A DNA stretch of 64,000 nt from Escherichia coli (lineage in GTDB: Bacteria; Pseudomonadota; Gammaproteobacteria; Enterobacterales; Enterobacteriaceae). Shown here piece after piece: positions 36,828 through 48,989 of the stretch. Below the pieces are notes generated by a model. It did not search any database. It saw nothing but the letters and a program-made list of their open reading frames with translations, and was not told where the DNA came from. The stretch is from the NCBI RefSeq assembly GCF_003790525.1, contig NZ_CP033635.1; one strand, 5' to 3'. The position numbers and the translations under genes were made by a program. Position 1 is the first letter of the stretch. Every line of letters starts with the position of its first letter.

Positions 36828-39110
36828 TTACATAGATTGAGTGAAGGTACGAGTAATAACGTCCTGCTGCTGTTCTTTAGTCAGCGAGTTGAAACGTACT
36901 GCGTAGCCAGATACACGGATGGTCAGCTGCGGATATTTTTCCGGGTTTTCCATCGCGTCGAGCAGCATTTCACGGTTCATCACGTTAACGTTCAGGTGCT
37001 GACCACCTTCGATGGACGCTTCGTGGTGGAAGTAACCATCCATCAGACCAGCCAGGTTGGTCTTACGAACTTCGTCGTCTTTACCCAGTGCGTTCGGAAC
37101 GATAGAGAAGGTGTAGGAGATACCATCTTTAGCGTAAGCAAACGGCAGTTTAGCAACGGAAGTCAGAGAGGCTACTGCACCTTTCTGGTCACGACCGTGC
37201 ATCGGGTTAGCACCCGGCCCGAACGGCGCGCCAGCACGACGACCGTCTGGGGTGTTACCAGTTTTCTTACCATACACAACGTTAGAAGTGATGGTCAGAA
37301 CAGACTGAGTCGGGATAGCGTCACGGTAGGTGTGCAGTTTCTGAATTTTCTTCATGAAACGTTCTACCAGGTCAACAGCCAGGTCATCTACACGCGGATC
37401 GTTGTTACCAAACTGCGGGTATTCGCCTTCGATTTCGAAGTCGATAGCCAGACCGTCTTCGTCACGAATCGGTTTAACTTTCGCATATTTGATTGCAGAC
37501 AGGGAGTCAGCAGCAACGGACAGACCAGCGATACCACACGCCATGGTGCGGATAACGTCACGGTCGTGCAGCGCCATCAGAGAGGCTTCGTAGCTGTACT
37601 TGTCGTGCATGTAGTGGATGATGTTCAGTGCAGTGATGTACTGTTTAGCCAGCCAGTCCATGAAGTGATCCATGCGCTCCATCACTTCATCGTAGTTCAG
37701 GAGATCGCCTTTGATCGGTTCAGACTTCGGACCAACCTGCATTTTCAGTTTTTCGTCAACGCCGCCGTTGATTGCGTACAGCATGGTTTTCGCCAGGTTT
37801 GCACGCGCACCGAAGAACTGCATTTGTTTACCAACGATCATCGGGCTTACGCAGCAAGCGATAGCGTAGTCATCGTTGTTGAAGTCCGGACGCATCAGGT
37901 CATCGTTCTCATACTGCAGAGAAGAGGTGTCGATGGACACTTTAGCAGCGAATTTCTTGAAGTTCAGCGGCAGTTTTTCGGACCACAGAATGGTCATGTT
38001 CGGTTCCGGAGACGGACCCATGGTGTACAGGGTGTTCAGGAAACGGAAGCTGTTTTTGGTAACCAGGGTACGACCGTCGAGGCCCATACCACCGATAGAT
38101 TCGGTTGCCCAGATTGGGTCGCCAGAGAACAGTTCATCGTATTCCGGAGTACGCAGGAAGCGAACCATACGCAGTTTCATGACCAGGTGGTCAACCATTT
38201 CCTGCGCTTCTTGTTCGGTGATCTTGCCAGCTTTCAGGTCACGTTCGATGTACACATCCAGGAAGGTGGAGGTACGACCGAAGGACATTGCAGCACCGTT
38301 CTGAGACTTAACAGCAGCCAGGTAGCCGAAGTAAGTCCACTGGATAGCTTCCTGAGCGTTGGTAGCCGGACCAGAGATGTCGTAGCCGTATTTCGCAGCC
38401 ATTTCTTTCATCTGACCCAGAGCGCGGTGCTGTTCAGCGATTTCTTCGCGCAGACGGATAGTCTGTTCCAGGTTTACGCCGTTTTCCAGATCAGCCTGCA
38501 GAGAGGTGAACTGAGCGTATTTGTCTTTCATCAGGTAGTCGATACCGTACAGCGCAACGCGACGGTAGTCACCGATGATACGACCACGGCCATAAGCATC
38601 TGGCAGACCGGTCAGAACACCGGATTTACGGCAACGCAGGATGTCCGGAGTGTAAACGTCGAACACGCCCTGGTTGTGAGTTTTACGGTATTCAGTGAAG
38701 ATTTTTTTGATCATCGGGTCCAGTTCGCGGTTGTACGCTTTGCAGGAACCTTCGATCATTTTGATACCACCGAACGGGATAAGAGCACGTTTCAGCGGAG
38801 CTTCAGTCTGCAGACCAACAACTTTTTCCAACGCTTTGTTGATGTAGCCAGCGTCGTGAGAGGTGATGGTGGAAGCAACAGCGGTGTCAAAGTCAACTGG
38901 CGCGTGAGTGCGGTTTTCCAGTTTAACGCCTTCCATTACTTTGTCCCACAGGGTGGTGGTCGCTTCAGTAGCGCCAGCCAGGAAGGACTCGTCACCCTCG
39001 TACGGAGTGTAGTTTTTCTGAATGAAGTCACGGACGTTTACTTCATTCTGCCAGTCACCTTTGGTAAAACCTTCCCAGGCTGTGGCTAACTTTTCATTAA
39101 GCTCGGACAT
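36828..39110 (-). CDS. pflB: pyruvate formate-lyase (formate C-acetyltransferase 1)
   Basis: 760 aa; C-terminal glycyl-radical motif RVSGYAV. Confidence 0.97.
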   Translation of the reverse strand: MSELNEKLATAWEGFTKGDWQNEVNVRDFIQKNYTPYEGDESFLAGATEATTTLWDKVMEGVKLENRTHAPVDFDTAVASTITSHDAGYINKALEKVVGLQTEAPLKRALIPFGGIKMIEGSCKAYNRELDPMIKKIFTEYRKTHNQGVFDVYTPDILRCRKSGVLTGLPDAYGRGRIIGDYRRVALYGIDYLMKDKYAQFTSLQADLENGVNLEQTIRLREEIAEQHRALGQMKEMAAKYGYDISGPATNAQEAIQWTYFGYLAAVKSQNGAAMSFGRTSTFLDVYIERDLKAGKITEQEAQEMVDHLVMKLRMVRFLRTPEYDELFSGDPIWATESIGGMGLDGRTLVTKNSFRFLNTLYTMGPSPEPNMTILWSEKLPLNFKKFAAKVSIDTSSLQYENDDLMRPDFNNDDYAIACCVSPMIVGKQMQFFGARANLAKTMLYAINGGVDEKLKMQVGPKSEPIKGDLLNYDEVMERMDHFMDWLAKQYITALNIIHYMHDKYSYEASLMALHDRDVIRTMACGIAGLSVAADSLSAIKYAKVKPIRDEDGLAIDFEIEGEYPQFGNNDPRVDDLAVDLVERFMKKIQKLHTYRDAIPTQSVLTITSNVVYGKKTGNTPDGRRAGAPFGPGANPMHGRDQKGAVASLTSVAKLPFAYAKDGISYTFSIVPNALGKDDEVRKTNLAGLMDGYFHHEASIEGGQHLNVNVMNREMLLDAMENPEKYPQLTIRVSGYAVRFNSLTKEQQQDVITRTFTQSM

Positions 39111-39164
39111 GTAACACCTACCTTCTTAAGTGGATTTTTTATTTACTGCGTACTTCGACAACCA

Positions 39165-40022
39165 TTAATGGTGATCGTTTTCACGCAGGTAAATGACCCA
39201 GTATGTCAACCCAACCAACAAACCACCGCCGATAATATTACCGATCGTAACCGGAATCAGGTTATCAGTGATGAAGTTCATCACGGTCAGGTGAGAAAAA
39301 TTTTCCGGTGCAGAACCGACAGCGGTCCAGAATTCCGGAGATGCGAAGTCGCGGATTACAATACCCATCGGGATCATAAACATGTTTGCGATACTGTGCT
39401 CAAAACCGCTGGCAACAAACATCGCGACCGGCAGCACCATAATGAACGCTTTATCCATCAGGCTGCGGCCAGAATAACTCATCCATACTGCCAGACATAC
39501 CATCAGGTTTGCCAGGATACCAAGGCAGACGGCCTCAATAAAAGTATGGTGCACTTTGTGGTCGGCGGTTTGTAGGACGTTTAGTCCCCATTGACCATTC
39601 GCGGTCATATACTCGCCGGAAAGCCACATTAAAAGTACAAACAGCAGTGCGCCGACCAGGTTGCCAAAATAGACATTTAGCCAGTTTTTCGCCAACTGAC
39701 CCCAGGTGATGCGCCCACTCGCCTTAGCAACAACAATCAACACTGTGGAAGTAAAGAGATCGGCTCCGCAGACAACACAAAGAATCAGCCCCAGAGAGAA
39801 GCAAATGCCGCCAACCAGTTTTGCCATGCCGAAGGGCATTGTTCCTGTGCCAGTGGTTGCTGTGATATAGAAGACGAATGCGATTGAGATGAAAACACCG
39901 GCGGTAATCGCCAGATAGAAAGTCTTAAGCGGATGTTTCGTTGCTTTATAGACACCTGCCTCTTCGGCCACTTTGGCCATTGCTGCAGGAAGTAAAAGAT
40001 CAAAAGGGTTGTCAGCTTTCAC
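39165..40022 (-). CDS. focA: formate channel FocA (GTG start)
   Basis: Protein from VKADNPFDLL onward matches FocA (285 aa); GTG verified at 40020-40022 on the complement; the longer ORF extends into the AT-rich promoter. Confidence 0.9.
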   Translation of the reverse strand: MKADNPFDLLLPAAMAKVAEEAGVYKATKHPLKTFYLAITAGVFISIAFVFYITATTGTGTMPFGMAKLVGGICFSLGLILCVVCGADLFTSTVLIVVAKASGRITWGQLAKNWLNVYFGNLVGALLFVLLMWLSGEYMTANGQWGLNVLQTADHKVHHTFIEAVCLGILANLMVCLAVWMSYSGRSLMDKAFIMVLPVAMFVASGFEHSIANMFMIPMGIVIRDFASPEFWTAVGSAPENFSHLTVMNFITDNLIPVTIGNIIGGGLLVGLTYWVIYLRENDHH

Positions 40023-40082
40023 ACTAACTCTCTCTTTATTAAGTCGGCGACGAGATACTAACAAAGCATTATAGATGAGAAA

Positions 40083-40096
40083 TTGATATAGATCAT
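40083..40096. promoter_or_regulatory. FNR-like site in the focA-pflB promoter region
   Basis: TTGAT-ATAG-ATCAT read directly; focA-pflB is known to be FNR-activated. Confidence 0.35.
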
Positions 40097-40397
40097 ATCT
40101 CGCCTGGCTTATAGGCCCGTAACTCGCATGGTTTTTATGCAAATACGGAGTAAATATTTGATTATCCAAATAAAAATAAATTTTAAAAATTAACAAATGA
40201 GTTGAATTTTTTCCGCATCCTCCGCTAAAACAGTTAATTAAAAGGGAGCACCAGGCGAATAAAGTAACAATATCGATCGTATTTATTAAATACAAATTAC
40301 CGATACTTAACTTTATAATTACAATTATTTTATTAATGCAAATATATGTAAAGCGGGGCATTAAAAAAACGCCCCGTAATATAACTCAGATGAATCA

Positions 40398-40424
40398 AAT
40401 AGCCTACATTGCGTAGGCTATTTG
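40398..40424. terminator. 11-bp stem hairpin downstream of ycaO (bidirectional terminator candidate)
   Basis: AAATAGCCTAC-attgc-GTAGGCTATTT read directly, adjacent to the ycaO stop. Confidence 0.5.
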
Positions 40425-40427
40425 ATT

Positions 40428-42188
40428 TTATTTTGCCCAGAATGCCGCTTTGGCGCGCTGCAGCTTTTCGTAGGCTTTCAGCAACGATTGATGTGCAGCA
40501 AACGCGTGCAGATCGCTATCTACTGGTTGCAAGCCATAAAACGCCGCTTCGCCGCTCATTGCCGCACTGGCGGCTTCCACGGCGTCTGCGCCATACATAC
40601 GAACGAAGGCATTCAGATATTGCAGCGGTTGGCGGTCTTCTTCCTGTGCCAGTAATAACAACGTTTGCAGACAGCGATAATAGTTGGCGCGTTCCGGACT
40701 GAACACTGATGAGTTAAATTCCATCGTCCATTCAGTCCAGACCAGAGCCTGTTCCAGATCGCCACCAGCCAGCGCCAGCATGGCTTTTAATTCACCGATA
40801 CGCAGGGTGTACCAACCGTTATCCGGTCCGGTCGCCAGACCCAGTAGTTCACGTACGCGAGTAAAGTCATCAAAACCTTCTTCATCCAGTTGCTCGATGA
40901 GGTTCAGGTAATCTTCTTTTTCCCACACACTGCCTGGTAGCGAGAGAATGGTTTCACGTAAATGGCTACCCATACTGTTATTCGCTAACCACAGATCTTC
41001 AGCCGGATAAATATCGGACATGCCAGGCACGATAATACGGCAAGCATAAACGCCCAGATGCTCGTAATCGGCAATATAAACTTCTTTATCTTCTTTGTTG
41101 AAGATAGCCATCAGCGTAGCAAACTCTTCTTCCGTAGTGCCGGAGAAATTCCAGTCCACAAACGGATAATCGGCATCCTGCTTGAACAGGTCCCAGGAGA
41201 TTAAACCGCTGGAATCGATAAAGTGCGTTTCGAGGTTGGTATGTTCAGCAACTTCTTCATCATCGAAGGTTGGCGGAGTAAACACATCCAAATCTTTCAG
41301 GCCACGACCTTGCAGCAGCTCGGTCACGGTACGTTCCAGTGCTACGCCAAAATCAGGATGCGCACCGAAAGAGGCAAAGCAGGTGCCGTTAGCAGGATTA
41401 AACAGAACCACGCAAATCACCGGATACTGGCCGCCAAGCGAACCATCATAAGCAAAGATTGGGAAACCTTCTGCTTCCAGTGTTTCGATCGCTTCAACCA
41501 CCGCTGGGTAACGCGCCAGCACGTCTGCCGGGATTTCCGGCAAGCTGATGCTTTCAGCAATAATGCGGTTTTTCACGTAGCGTTCGAAAACTTCGGACAA
41601 TCCCTGAACGCGTGCTTCGTTACGGGTATTGCCAGCAGACATACCGTTAGAAACGTACAAGTTACCAATGATATTCATCGGAATATAAATGGTCTGGTTG
41701 TCGGACTGGCGCGTAAACGGTAGACCACAAATACCACGATCTTCGTTACCGGATTGCAGGTCAATCAGCATACTACCGGTCAGTTCATTCTCCGGATCGT
41801 AAAATGCGCGCAGACGGTCATCGAGCAGCCCTTCTGGTACATCGTCATTTTCGGTCAGTGGGAACCATTTTTCGTTGGGATAATGCACGAATGGGCCGTT
41901 GGCGATGGTTTCGCCCAGCCAGAAGTCCGCAAAAAAGTAGTTGGTTGAGAGACGCTCGAAATATTCACCGAGTGCAGAAGCCAGCGCCGCTTTTTTGGTT
42001 GCGCCTTTACCGTTGGTAAAACACAGTGCGCACTCTTTGTCGCGAATATGTACAGACCAGACGTTAGGCACGGGATTCAGCCAGGAGGCCTCTTCAATCT
42101 GAAAGCCGAGGTCTGAAAGTTTTTGCTGGAAGCGAGCGATGGAATCTTCCAGTGCGGCATCTTTGCCGGGGATAAATGTTTGCGTCAT
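40428..42188 (-). CDS. ycaO: YcaO-domain protein (ribosomal protein S12 methylthiolation accessory factor)
   Basis: ORF 40428-42221; start at MTQTFIPGKDAALEDS (586 aa). Confidence 0.9.
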   Translation of the reverse strand: MTQTFIPGKDAALEDSIARFQQKLSDLGFQIEEASWLNPVPNVWSVHIRDKECALCFTNGKGATKKAALASALGEYFERLSTNYFFADFWLGETIANGPFVHYPNEKWFPLTENDDVPEGLLDDRLRAFYDPENELTGSMLIDLQSGNEDRGICGLPFTRQSDNQTIYIPMNIIGNLYVSNGMSAGNTRNEARVQGLSEVFERYVKNRIIAESISLPEIPADVLARYPAVVEAIETLEAEGFPIFAYDGSLGGQYPVICVVLFNPANGTCFASFGAHPDFGVALERTVTELLQGRGLKDLDVFTPPTFDDEEVAEHTNLETHFIDSSGLISWDLFKQDADYPFVDWNFSGTTEEEFATLMAIFNKEDKEVYIADYEHLGVYACRIIVPGMSDIYPAEDLWLANNSMGSHLRETILSLPGSVWEKEDYLNLIEQLDEEGFDDFTRVRELLGLATGPDNGWYTLRIGELKAMLALAGGDLEQALVWTEWTMEFNSSVFSPERANYYRCLQTLLLLAQEEDRQPLQYLNAFVRMYGADAVEAASAAMSGEAAFYGLQPVDSDLHAFAAHQSLLKAYEKLQRAKAAFWAK

Positions 42189-42317
42189 GAAAATCACTTT
42201 AGTCGTACGGAAAGCGCGCAATAATACGGGTTTTATCTCAAAGGCGCTATCACCGCCGCCATGCCGATGAACTGTTGACTATGCTTTTAGTGGATAAACC
42301 ACGATAAGAGCATAAAA

Positions 42318-43010
42318 ATGAAGGCGTTCGATCTCCACCGTATGGCATTTGATAAAGTGCCTTTTGATTTCCTTGGCGAAGTGGCACTACGTAGTCTTTA
42401 TACCTTTGTACTGGTTTTTTTGTTCCTCAAAATGACCGGAAGACGCGGTGTGCGGCAGATGTCGCTTTTTGAAGTGTTAATCATTCTGACGCTGGGATCA
42501 GCGGCGGGAGATGTGGCGTTTTATGATGATGTGCCGATGGTCCCGGTACTTATCGTCTTTATCACTCTGGCGTTGTTATACCGCCTGGTAATGTGGTTGA
42601 TGGCGCACAGTGAAAAACTGGAAGATCTTCTGGAAGGCAAGCCGGTTGTCATTATTGAAGATGGCGAGCTGGCCTGGTCAAAACTCAACAACTCCAACAT
42701 GACGGAATTTGAGTTCTTTATGGAGCTACGATTGCGCGGTGTGGAACAGCTGGGGCAGGTACGTCTGGCGATTCTCGAAACCAACGGGCAAATCAGTGTT
42801 TATTTCTTTGAAGATGACAAGGTGAAACCGGGCTTACTTATTTTACCCAGTGACTGTACTCAGCGTTACAAAGTGGTGCCGGAGTCGGCGGACTATGCCT
42901 GCATCCGTTGCAGTGAAATCATTCATATGAACGCGGGGGAAAAACAATTATGTCCGCGCTGTGCAAATCCAGAATGGACGAAGGCAAGTCGGGCAAAACG
43001 GGTGACGTGA
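42318..43010 (+). CDS. ycaP: DUF421-family membrane protein YcaP
   Basis: 230-aa ORF; conserved position. Confidence 0.85.
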   Translation: MKAFDLHRMAFDKVPFDFLGEVALRSLYTFVLVFLFLKMTGRRGVRQMSLFEVLIILTLGSAAGDVAFYDDVPMVPVLIVFITLALLYRLVMWLMAHSEKLEDLLEGKPVVIIEDGELAWSKLNNSNMTEFEFFMELRLRGVEQLGQVRLAILETNGQISVYFFEDDKVKPGLLILPSDCTQRYKVVPESADYACIRCSEIIHMNAGEKQLCPRCANPEWTKASRAKRVT

Positions 43011-43056
43011 CAGTAAAAACATCGGCTTTTTGCTAATAATCCGAGAGATTCTTTTG

Positions 43057-43072
43057 TGTGATGCAAGCCACA
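43057..43072. promoter_or_regulatory. CRP-like site upstream of serC
   Basis: TGTGA-tgcaag-CCACA, one mismatch to the CRP consensus TGTGA-N6-TCACA; serC-aroA is reported to be CRP/Lrp-regulated. Confidence 0.3.
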
Positions 43073-43208
43073 TTTTTGCCCTCAACGGTTTTACTCATTG
43101 CGATGTGTGTCACTGAATGATAAAACCGATAGCCACAGGAATAATGTATTACCTGTGGTCGCAATCGATTGACCGCGGGTTAATAGCAACGCAACGTGGT
43201 GAGGGGAA

Positions 43209-44297
43209 ATGGCTCAAATCTTCAATTTTAGTTCTGGTCCGGCAATGCTACCGGCAGAGGTGCTTAAACAGGCTCAACAGGAACTGCGCGACTGGAACGG
43301 TCTTGGTACGTCGGTGATGGAAGTGAGTCACCGGGGCAAAGAGTTCATTCAGGTTGCAGAGGAAGCCGAGAAGGATTTTCGCGATCTTCTTAATGTCCCC
43401 TCCAACTACAAGGTATTGTTCTGCCATGGCGGCGGTCGCGGTCAGTTTGCTGCTGTTCCGTTGAATATTCTCGGTGATAAAACCACTGCAGATTATGTTG
43501 ATGCCGGTTACTGGGCGGCAAGTGCCATTAAAGAAGCGAAAAAATACTGCACGCCTAATGTCTTTGACGCCAAAGTGACTGTTGATGGTCTGCGCGCGGT
43601 TAAGCCAATGCGCGAATGGCAACTCTCTGATAATGCTGCTTATATGCATTATTGCCCGAATGAAACCATCGACGGTATCGCCATCGACGAAACGCCAGAC
43701 TTCGGCAAAGATGTGGTGGTCGCCGCCGACTTCTCTTCAACCATTCTTTCCCGTCCGATTGACGTCAGCCGTTATGGCGTGATTTACGCTGGCGCGCAGA
43801 AAAATATCGGCCCGGCAGGCCTGACAATCGTCATCGTTCGTGAAGATTTGCTGGGCAAAGCGAATATCGCGTGTCCGTCGATTCTGGATTATTCCATCCT
43901 CAACGATAACGGCTCCATGTTTAACACGCCGCCGACATTTGCCTGGTATCTGTCTGGTCTGGTCTTTAAATGGCTGAAAGCGAACGGCGGTGTAGCTGAA
44001 ATGGATAAAATCAATCAGCAAAAAGCAGAACTGCTGTATGGGGTGATTGATAACAGCGATTTCTACCGCAATGACGTGGCGAAAGCTAACCGTTCGCGGA
44101 TGAACGTGCCGTTCCAGTTGGCGGACAGTGCGCTTGACAAATTGTTCCTTGAAGAGTCTTTTGCTGCTGGCCTTCATGCGCTGAAAGGTCACCGTGTGGT
44201 CGGCGGAATGCGTGCGTCTATTTATAACGCCATGCCACTGGAAGGCGTTAAAGCGCTGACAGACTTCATGGTTGAGTTCGAACGCCGTCACGGCTAA
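43209..44297 (+). CDS. serC: phosphoserine aminotransferase
   Basis: 362 aa, [15 protein letters not shown] start. Confidence 0.97.
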
Positions 44298-44367
44298 TGT
44301 CGAAATTTTGCTTAATCCCCACAGCCAGCCTGTGGGGTTTTTATTTCTGTTGTAGAGAGTTGAGTTC

Positions 44368-45651
44368 ATGGAATCCCTGACGTTACAACCCATCGCCCGT
44401 GTCGATGGCACTATTAATCTGCCCGGTTCCAAGAGCGTTTCTAACCGCGCTTTATTGCTGGCGGCATTAGCACATGGCAAAACAGTATTAACCAATCTGC
44501 TGGATAGCGATGATGTTCGCTATATGCTTAATGCGTTAAAGGCATTAGGGGTAAGCTATACGCTTTCAGCCGATCGTACGCGTTGCGAAATCATCGGTAA
44601 CGGCGGTCCATTACACGCAAAAAGCGCCCTGGAGTTGTTCCTCGGTAACGCCGGAACGGCAATGCGTCCGCTGGCGGCAGCTCTTTGTCTGGGTAGCAAT
44701 GATATTGTGCTGACCGGTGAACCGCGTATGAAAGAACGCCCCATTGGTCATCTGGTGGATGCGCTGCGCCTGGGCGGGGCGAAGATCACTTACCTGGAAC
44801 AAGAAAATTATCCACCATTGCGTTTACAGGGCGGCTTTACTGGCGGCAACGTTGACGTTGATGGCTCCGTTTCCAGCCAGTTCCTCACCGCACTGTTAAT
44901 GACTGCGCCTCTTGCACCGGAAGATACGGTGATTCGTATTAAAGGCGATCTGGTCTCTAAACCTTATATCGACATCACACTCAATCTGATGAAGACGTTT
45001 GGTGTTGAAATTGAAAATCAGCACTATCAACAATTTGTCGTTAAAGGCGGGCAGTCTTATCAGTCTCCGGGTACTTATTTGGTCGAAGGCGATGCATCTT
45101 CGGCTTCTTACTTCCTGGCAGCAGCAGCAATCAAAGGCGGCACTGTAAAAGTGACCGGCATTGGACGCAACAGTATGCAGGGTGATATTCGCTTTGCTGA
45201 TGTGCTGGAAAAAATGGGTGCGACCATTTGCTGGGGCGATGATTATATTTCCTGCACGCGTGGTGAACTGAACGCCATTGATATGGATATGAACCATATT
45301 CCCGATGCGGCGATGACCATTGCCACCGCGGCGTTATTTGCAAAAGGCAACACCACGCTGCGCAATATCTATAACTGGCGTGTTAAAGAGACCGATCGCC
45401 TGTTTGCGATGGCAACAGAACTGCGTAAAGTCGGTGCGGAAGTCGAAGAGGGGCACGATTTTATTCGCATTACGCCACCGGAAAAACTGAAATTTGCTGA
45501 GATCGCCACTTATAATGATCACCGGATGGCGATGTGTTTCTCGCTGGTCGCATTATCAGATACGGCAGTGACGATTCTTGATCCCAAATGCACGGCCAAA
45601 ACATTTCCGGATTATTTCGAGCAGCTGGCGCGGATTAGCCAGGCAGCCTGA
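44368..45651 (+). CDS. aroA: 3-phosphoshikimate 1-carboxyvinyltransferase (EPSP synthase)
   Basis: 427 aa, [23 protein letters not shown] start. Confidence 0.97.
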   Translation: MESLTLQPIARVDGTINLPGSKSVSNRALLLAALAHGKTVLTNLLDSDDVRYMLNALKALGVSYTLSADRTRCEIIGNGGPLHAKSALELFLGNAGTAMRPLAAALCLGSNDIVLTGEPRMKERPIGHLVDALRLGGAKITYLEQENYPPLRLQGGFTGGNVDVDGSVSSQFLTALLMTAPLAPEDTVIRIKGDLVSKPYIDITLNLMKTFGVEIENQHYQQFVVKGGQSYQSPGTYLVEGDASSASYFLAAAAIKGGTVKVTGIGRNSMQGDIRFADVLEKMGATICWGDDYISCTRGELNAIDMDMNHIPDAAMTIATAALFAKGNTTLRNIYNWRVKETDRLFAMATELRKVGAEVEEGHDFIRITPPEKLKFAEIATYNDHRMAMCFSLVALSDTAVTILDPKCTAKTFPDYFEQLARISQAA

Positions 45652-45710
45652 ATGAACAACGTGCAATAAATAGCCAAATCTTTCTTTATCAAAACGTCGG
45701 CACATTGCCG

Positions 45711-47136
45711 TAATGCCGATCAGTTAAGGATCAGTTGACCGATCCAGTGGCTGTGTAAGAATCCGGAAACGCTCACTTGTTTCCGGATTTTTTTATGCAC
45801 ATTGGACAGGCTCTTGATCTGGTATCCCGTTACGATTCTCTGCGTAACCCACTGACTTCTCTGGGGGATTACCTCGACCCCGAACTCATCTCTCGTTGCC
45901 TTGCCGAATCAGGTACTGTAACGCTACGCAAGCGCCGTCTTCCCCTCGAAATGATGGTCTGGTGTATTGTTGGCATGGCGCTTGAGCGTAAAGAACCTCT
46001 TCACCAGATTGTGAATCGCCTGGACATCATGCTGCCGGGCAATCGCCCCTTCGTTGCCCCCAGTGCCGTTATTCAGGTCCGCCAGCGCCTGGGAAGTGAG
46101 GCTGTCCGCCGCGTGTTCACGAAAACAGCGCAGCTCTGGCATAACGCCACGCCGCATCCGCACTGGTGCGGCCTGACCCTGCTGGCCATCGATGGTGTGT
46201 TCTGGCGCACACCGGATACACCAGAGAACGATGCAGCCTTCCCCCGCCAGACACATGCCGGGAACCCGGCGCTCTACCCGCAGGTCAAAATGGTCTGCCA
46301 GATGGAACTGACCAGCCATCTGCTGACGGCTGCAGCCTTCGGCACGATGAAGAACAGCGAAAATGAGCTTGCTGAGCAACTTATAGAACAAACCGGCGAT
46401 AACACTCTGACGTTAATGGATAAAGGTTATTACTCACTGGGACTGTTAAATGCCTGGAGCCTGGCGGGAGAACACCGCCACTGGATGATACCTATCAGAA
46501 AGGGAGCGCAATATGAAGAGAGCAGAAAACTGGGTAAAGGCGATCATCTGGTGAAGCTGAAAACCAGCCCGCAGGCACGAAAAAAGTGGCCGGGACTGGG
46601 AAATGAAGTGACAGCCCGCCTGCTGACCGTGACGCGCAAAGGAAAAGTCTGCCATCTGCTGACGTCGATGACGGACGCCATGCGCTTCCCCGGAGGAGAA
46701 ATGGCGGATCTGTACAGTCATCGCTGGGAAATCGAACTGGGATACAGGGAGATAAAACAGACGATGCAACTGAGCAGGCTGACGCTGAGAAGTAAAAAAC
46801 CGGAGCTTGTGGAGCAAGAGCTGTGGGGTGTCTTACTGGCTTATAATCTGGTGAGATATCAGATGATTAAAATGGCGGAATATCTGAAAGGTTACTGGCC
46901 GAATCAACTGAGTTTCTCAGAATCATGTGGAATGGTGATGAGAATGCTGATGACATTGCAGGGCGCTTCACCGGGACGTATACCGGAGCTGATGCGCGAT
47001 CTTGCAAGTATGGGACAACTTGTGAAATTACCGACAAGAAGGGAAAGGGCCTTCCCGAGAGTGGTAAAGGAGAGGCCCTGGAAATACCCCACAGCCCCGA
47101 AAAAGAGCCAGTCAGTTGCTTAACTGACTGGCATTA
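45711..47136 (+). mobile_element. IS4 insertion sequence, complete (1426 bp) with 13-bp target-site duplication
   Basis: Terminal inverted repeats TAATGCCGATCAGTTAAG and reverse complement of CTTAACTGACTGGCATTA; flanking direct repeat CGGCACATTGCCG at 45698-45710 and 47137-47149. Confidence 0.85.
45795..47123 (+). CDS. IS4 transposase
   Basis: ORF 45777-47123; start at [15 protein letters not shown] (442 aa); DDE transposase. Confidence 0.85.
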   Translation: MHIGQALDLVSRYDSLRNPLTSLGDYLDPELISRCLAESGTVTLRKRRLPLEMMVWCIVGMALERKEPLHQIVNRLDIMLPGNRPFVAPSAVIQVRQRLGSEAVRRVFTKTAQLWHNATPHPHWCGLTLLAIDGVFWRTPDTPENDAAFPRQTHAGNPALYPQVKMVCQMELTSHLLTAAAFGTMKNSENELAEQLIEQTGDNTLTLMDKGYYSLGLLNAWSLAGEHRHWMIPIRKGAQYEESRKLGKGDHLVKLKTSPQARKKWPGLGNEVTARLLTVTRKGKVCHLLTSMTDAMRFPGGEMADLYSHRWEIELGYREIKQTMQLSRLTLRSKKPELVEQELWGVLLAYNLVRYQMIKMAEYLKGYWPNQLSFSESCGMVMRMLMTLQGASPGRIPELMRDLASMGQLVKLPTRRERAFPRVVKERPWKYPTAPKKSQSVA

Positions 47137-47258
47137 CGGCACATTGCCGGCGTTTTTTTTCGGACCTTGTGAGTCATTTTGATTAATGGTAGCGTCGTTT
47201 GTCAATGTAAGTTATTGATACATAATATTTATATATGATTAATCAACGGATGATTCAC

Positions 47259-48023
47259 ATGAAGAATACTAAATTACTGCTGGCGATTGCGGCCTCTGCA
47301 GCTTTACTGACAGGGTGTCAGAATACCCACGGTATTGATACCAATATGGCTATCAGCTCAGGTTTAAATGCCTATAAAGCAGCAACGTTAAGCGATGCTG
47401 ATGCAAAAGCGATTGCCAATCAGGGCTGTGCCGAAATGGACAGCGGCAATCAAGTCGCAAGTAAATCCAGCAAGTACGGTAAACGTCTGGCAAAAATCGC
47501 CAAAGCATTGGGTAACAATATTAATGGCACGCCGGTCAACTATAAGGTTTATATGACCAGCGACGTCAACGCATGGGCGATGGCGAACGGCTGTGTTCGT
47601 GTCTACAGTGGCCTGATGGACATGATGAACGACAACGAAATTGAAGGCGTTCTGGGTCATGAACTGGGCCACGTCGCGTTGGGTCACTCGCTGGCTGAAA
47701 TGAAAGCTTCTTATGCGATCGTTGCCGCACGTGATGCGATTTCCGCTACCAGCGGTGTGGCTTCCCAGCTTTCTCGCTCACAATTAGGTGATATCGCAGA
47801 AGGCGCTATCAATGCGAAATACTCCCGCGATAAAGAGTCCGAAGCAGATGATTTCTCCTTTGATCTGTTGAAGAAACGTGGCATCAGCACCCAGGGGCTG
47901 GTTGGCAGCTTTGAAAAATTGGCCAGCCTGGATGGCGGTCGCACCCAGTCCATGTTTGACTCTCACCCACCATCAACAGAGCGTGCGCAACACATCCGTG
48001 ATCGTATCGCCTCTGGTAAGTAA
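47259..48023 (+). CDS. ycaL: M48-family metalloprotease lipoprotein YcaL
   Basis: Start at MKNTKLLLAIAASAALLTGC (lipobox); HELGH zinc motif. Confidence 0.9.
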   Translation: MKNTKLLLAIAASAALLTGCQNTHGIDTNMAISSGLNAYKAATLSDADAKAIANQGCAEMDSGNQVASKSSKYGKRLAKIAKALGNNINGTPVNYKVYMTSDVNAWAMANGCVRVYSGLMDMMNDNEIEGVLGHELGHVALGHSLAEMKASYAIVAARDAISATSGVASQLSRSQLGDIAEGAINAKYSRDKESEADDFSFDLLKKRGISTQGLVGSFEKLASLDGGRTQSMFDSHPPSTERAQHIRDRIASGK

Positions 48024-48195
48024 ATCATTGTCATCTTTCGGGCTGGTCTTCTGCCAGCCCGCTATAATTGCGCAATAAATCCCCATCTGAATACAGACAA
48101 AACTGGTTTTTGCACACAACGTTAACGATTTGTGGCGTCGGCGCGTATAATGCGCGCGGTTATGTTAACGGTACGCCTGTTTTAAGGAGATAAAG

Positions 48196-48879
48196 ATGAC
48201 GGCAATTGCCCCGGTTATTACCATTGATGGCCCAAGCGGTGCAGGGAAAGGCACCTTGTGTAAGGCTATGGCGGAAGCGTTGCAATGGCATCTGCTGGAC
48301 TCGGGTGCAATTTATCGCGTACTGGCACTGGCGGCATTACATCACCATGTTGATGTTGCATCGGAAGATGCGCTGGTGCCGCTGGCATCCCATCTGGATG
48401 TACGTTTTGTGTCGACCAATGGCAATCTGGAAGTGATCCTCGAAGGGGAAGATGTCAGCGGCGAAATTCGTACTCAGGAAGTGGCGAATGCTGCCTCACA
48501 AGTCGCGGCATTCCCACGCGTTCGTGAAGCATTATTGCGTCGCCAACGCGCGTTTCGCGAATTACCAGGCCTGATTGCCGATGGCCGCGACATGGGAACG
48601 GTGGTATTCCCTGATGCGCCAGTGAAAATTTTCCTTGACGCCTCCTCGGAAGAACGTGCGCATCGCCGCATGCTACAGTTGCAGGAGAAGGGCTTTAGTG
48701 TTAACTTTGAGCGCCTTTTGGCCGAGATCAAAGAACGCGACGACCGCGATCGTAACCGAGCGGTAGCGCCACTGGTTCCGGCAGCCGATGCTTTAGTGTT
48801 GGATTCCACCACCTTAAGCATTGAGCAAGTGATTGAAAAAGCGCTACAATACGCGCGCCAGAAATTGGCTCTCGCATAA
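48196..48879 (+). CDS. cmk: cytidylate kinase
   Basis: 227 aa; P-loop GPSGAGKGT. Confidence 0.95.
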
Positions 48880-48989
48880 GCGACCGAATTTGCAGTACCC
48901 CCGTTGCAATGGAATGACAGCGGGTATGTTAAACAACCCCATCCGGCATGGAGCTAGGTGGACGTTAAATATAAACCTGAAGATTAAAC

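Noticed and set aside
36837-39089. 750-aa plus-strand ORF spanning almost all of pflB on the opposite strand
   Set aside because: Antisense to a well-established, highly expressed gene; the product is low-complexity and Val/Phe/Thr-rich, typical of a stop-free reverse frame in a codon-biased gene
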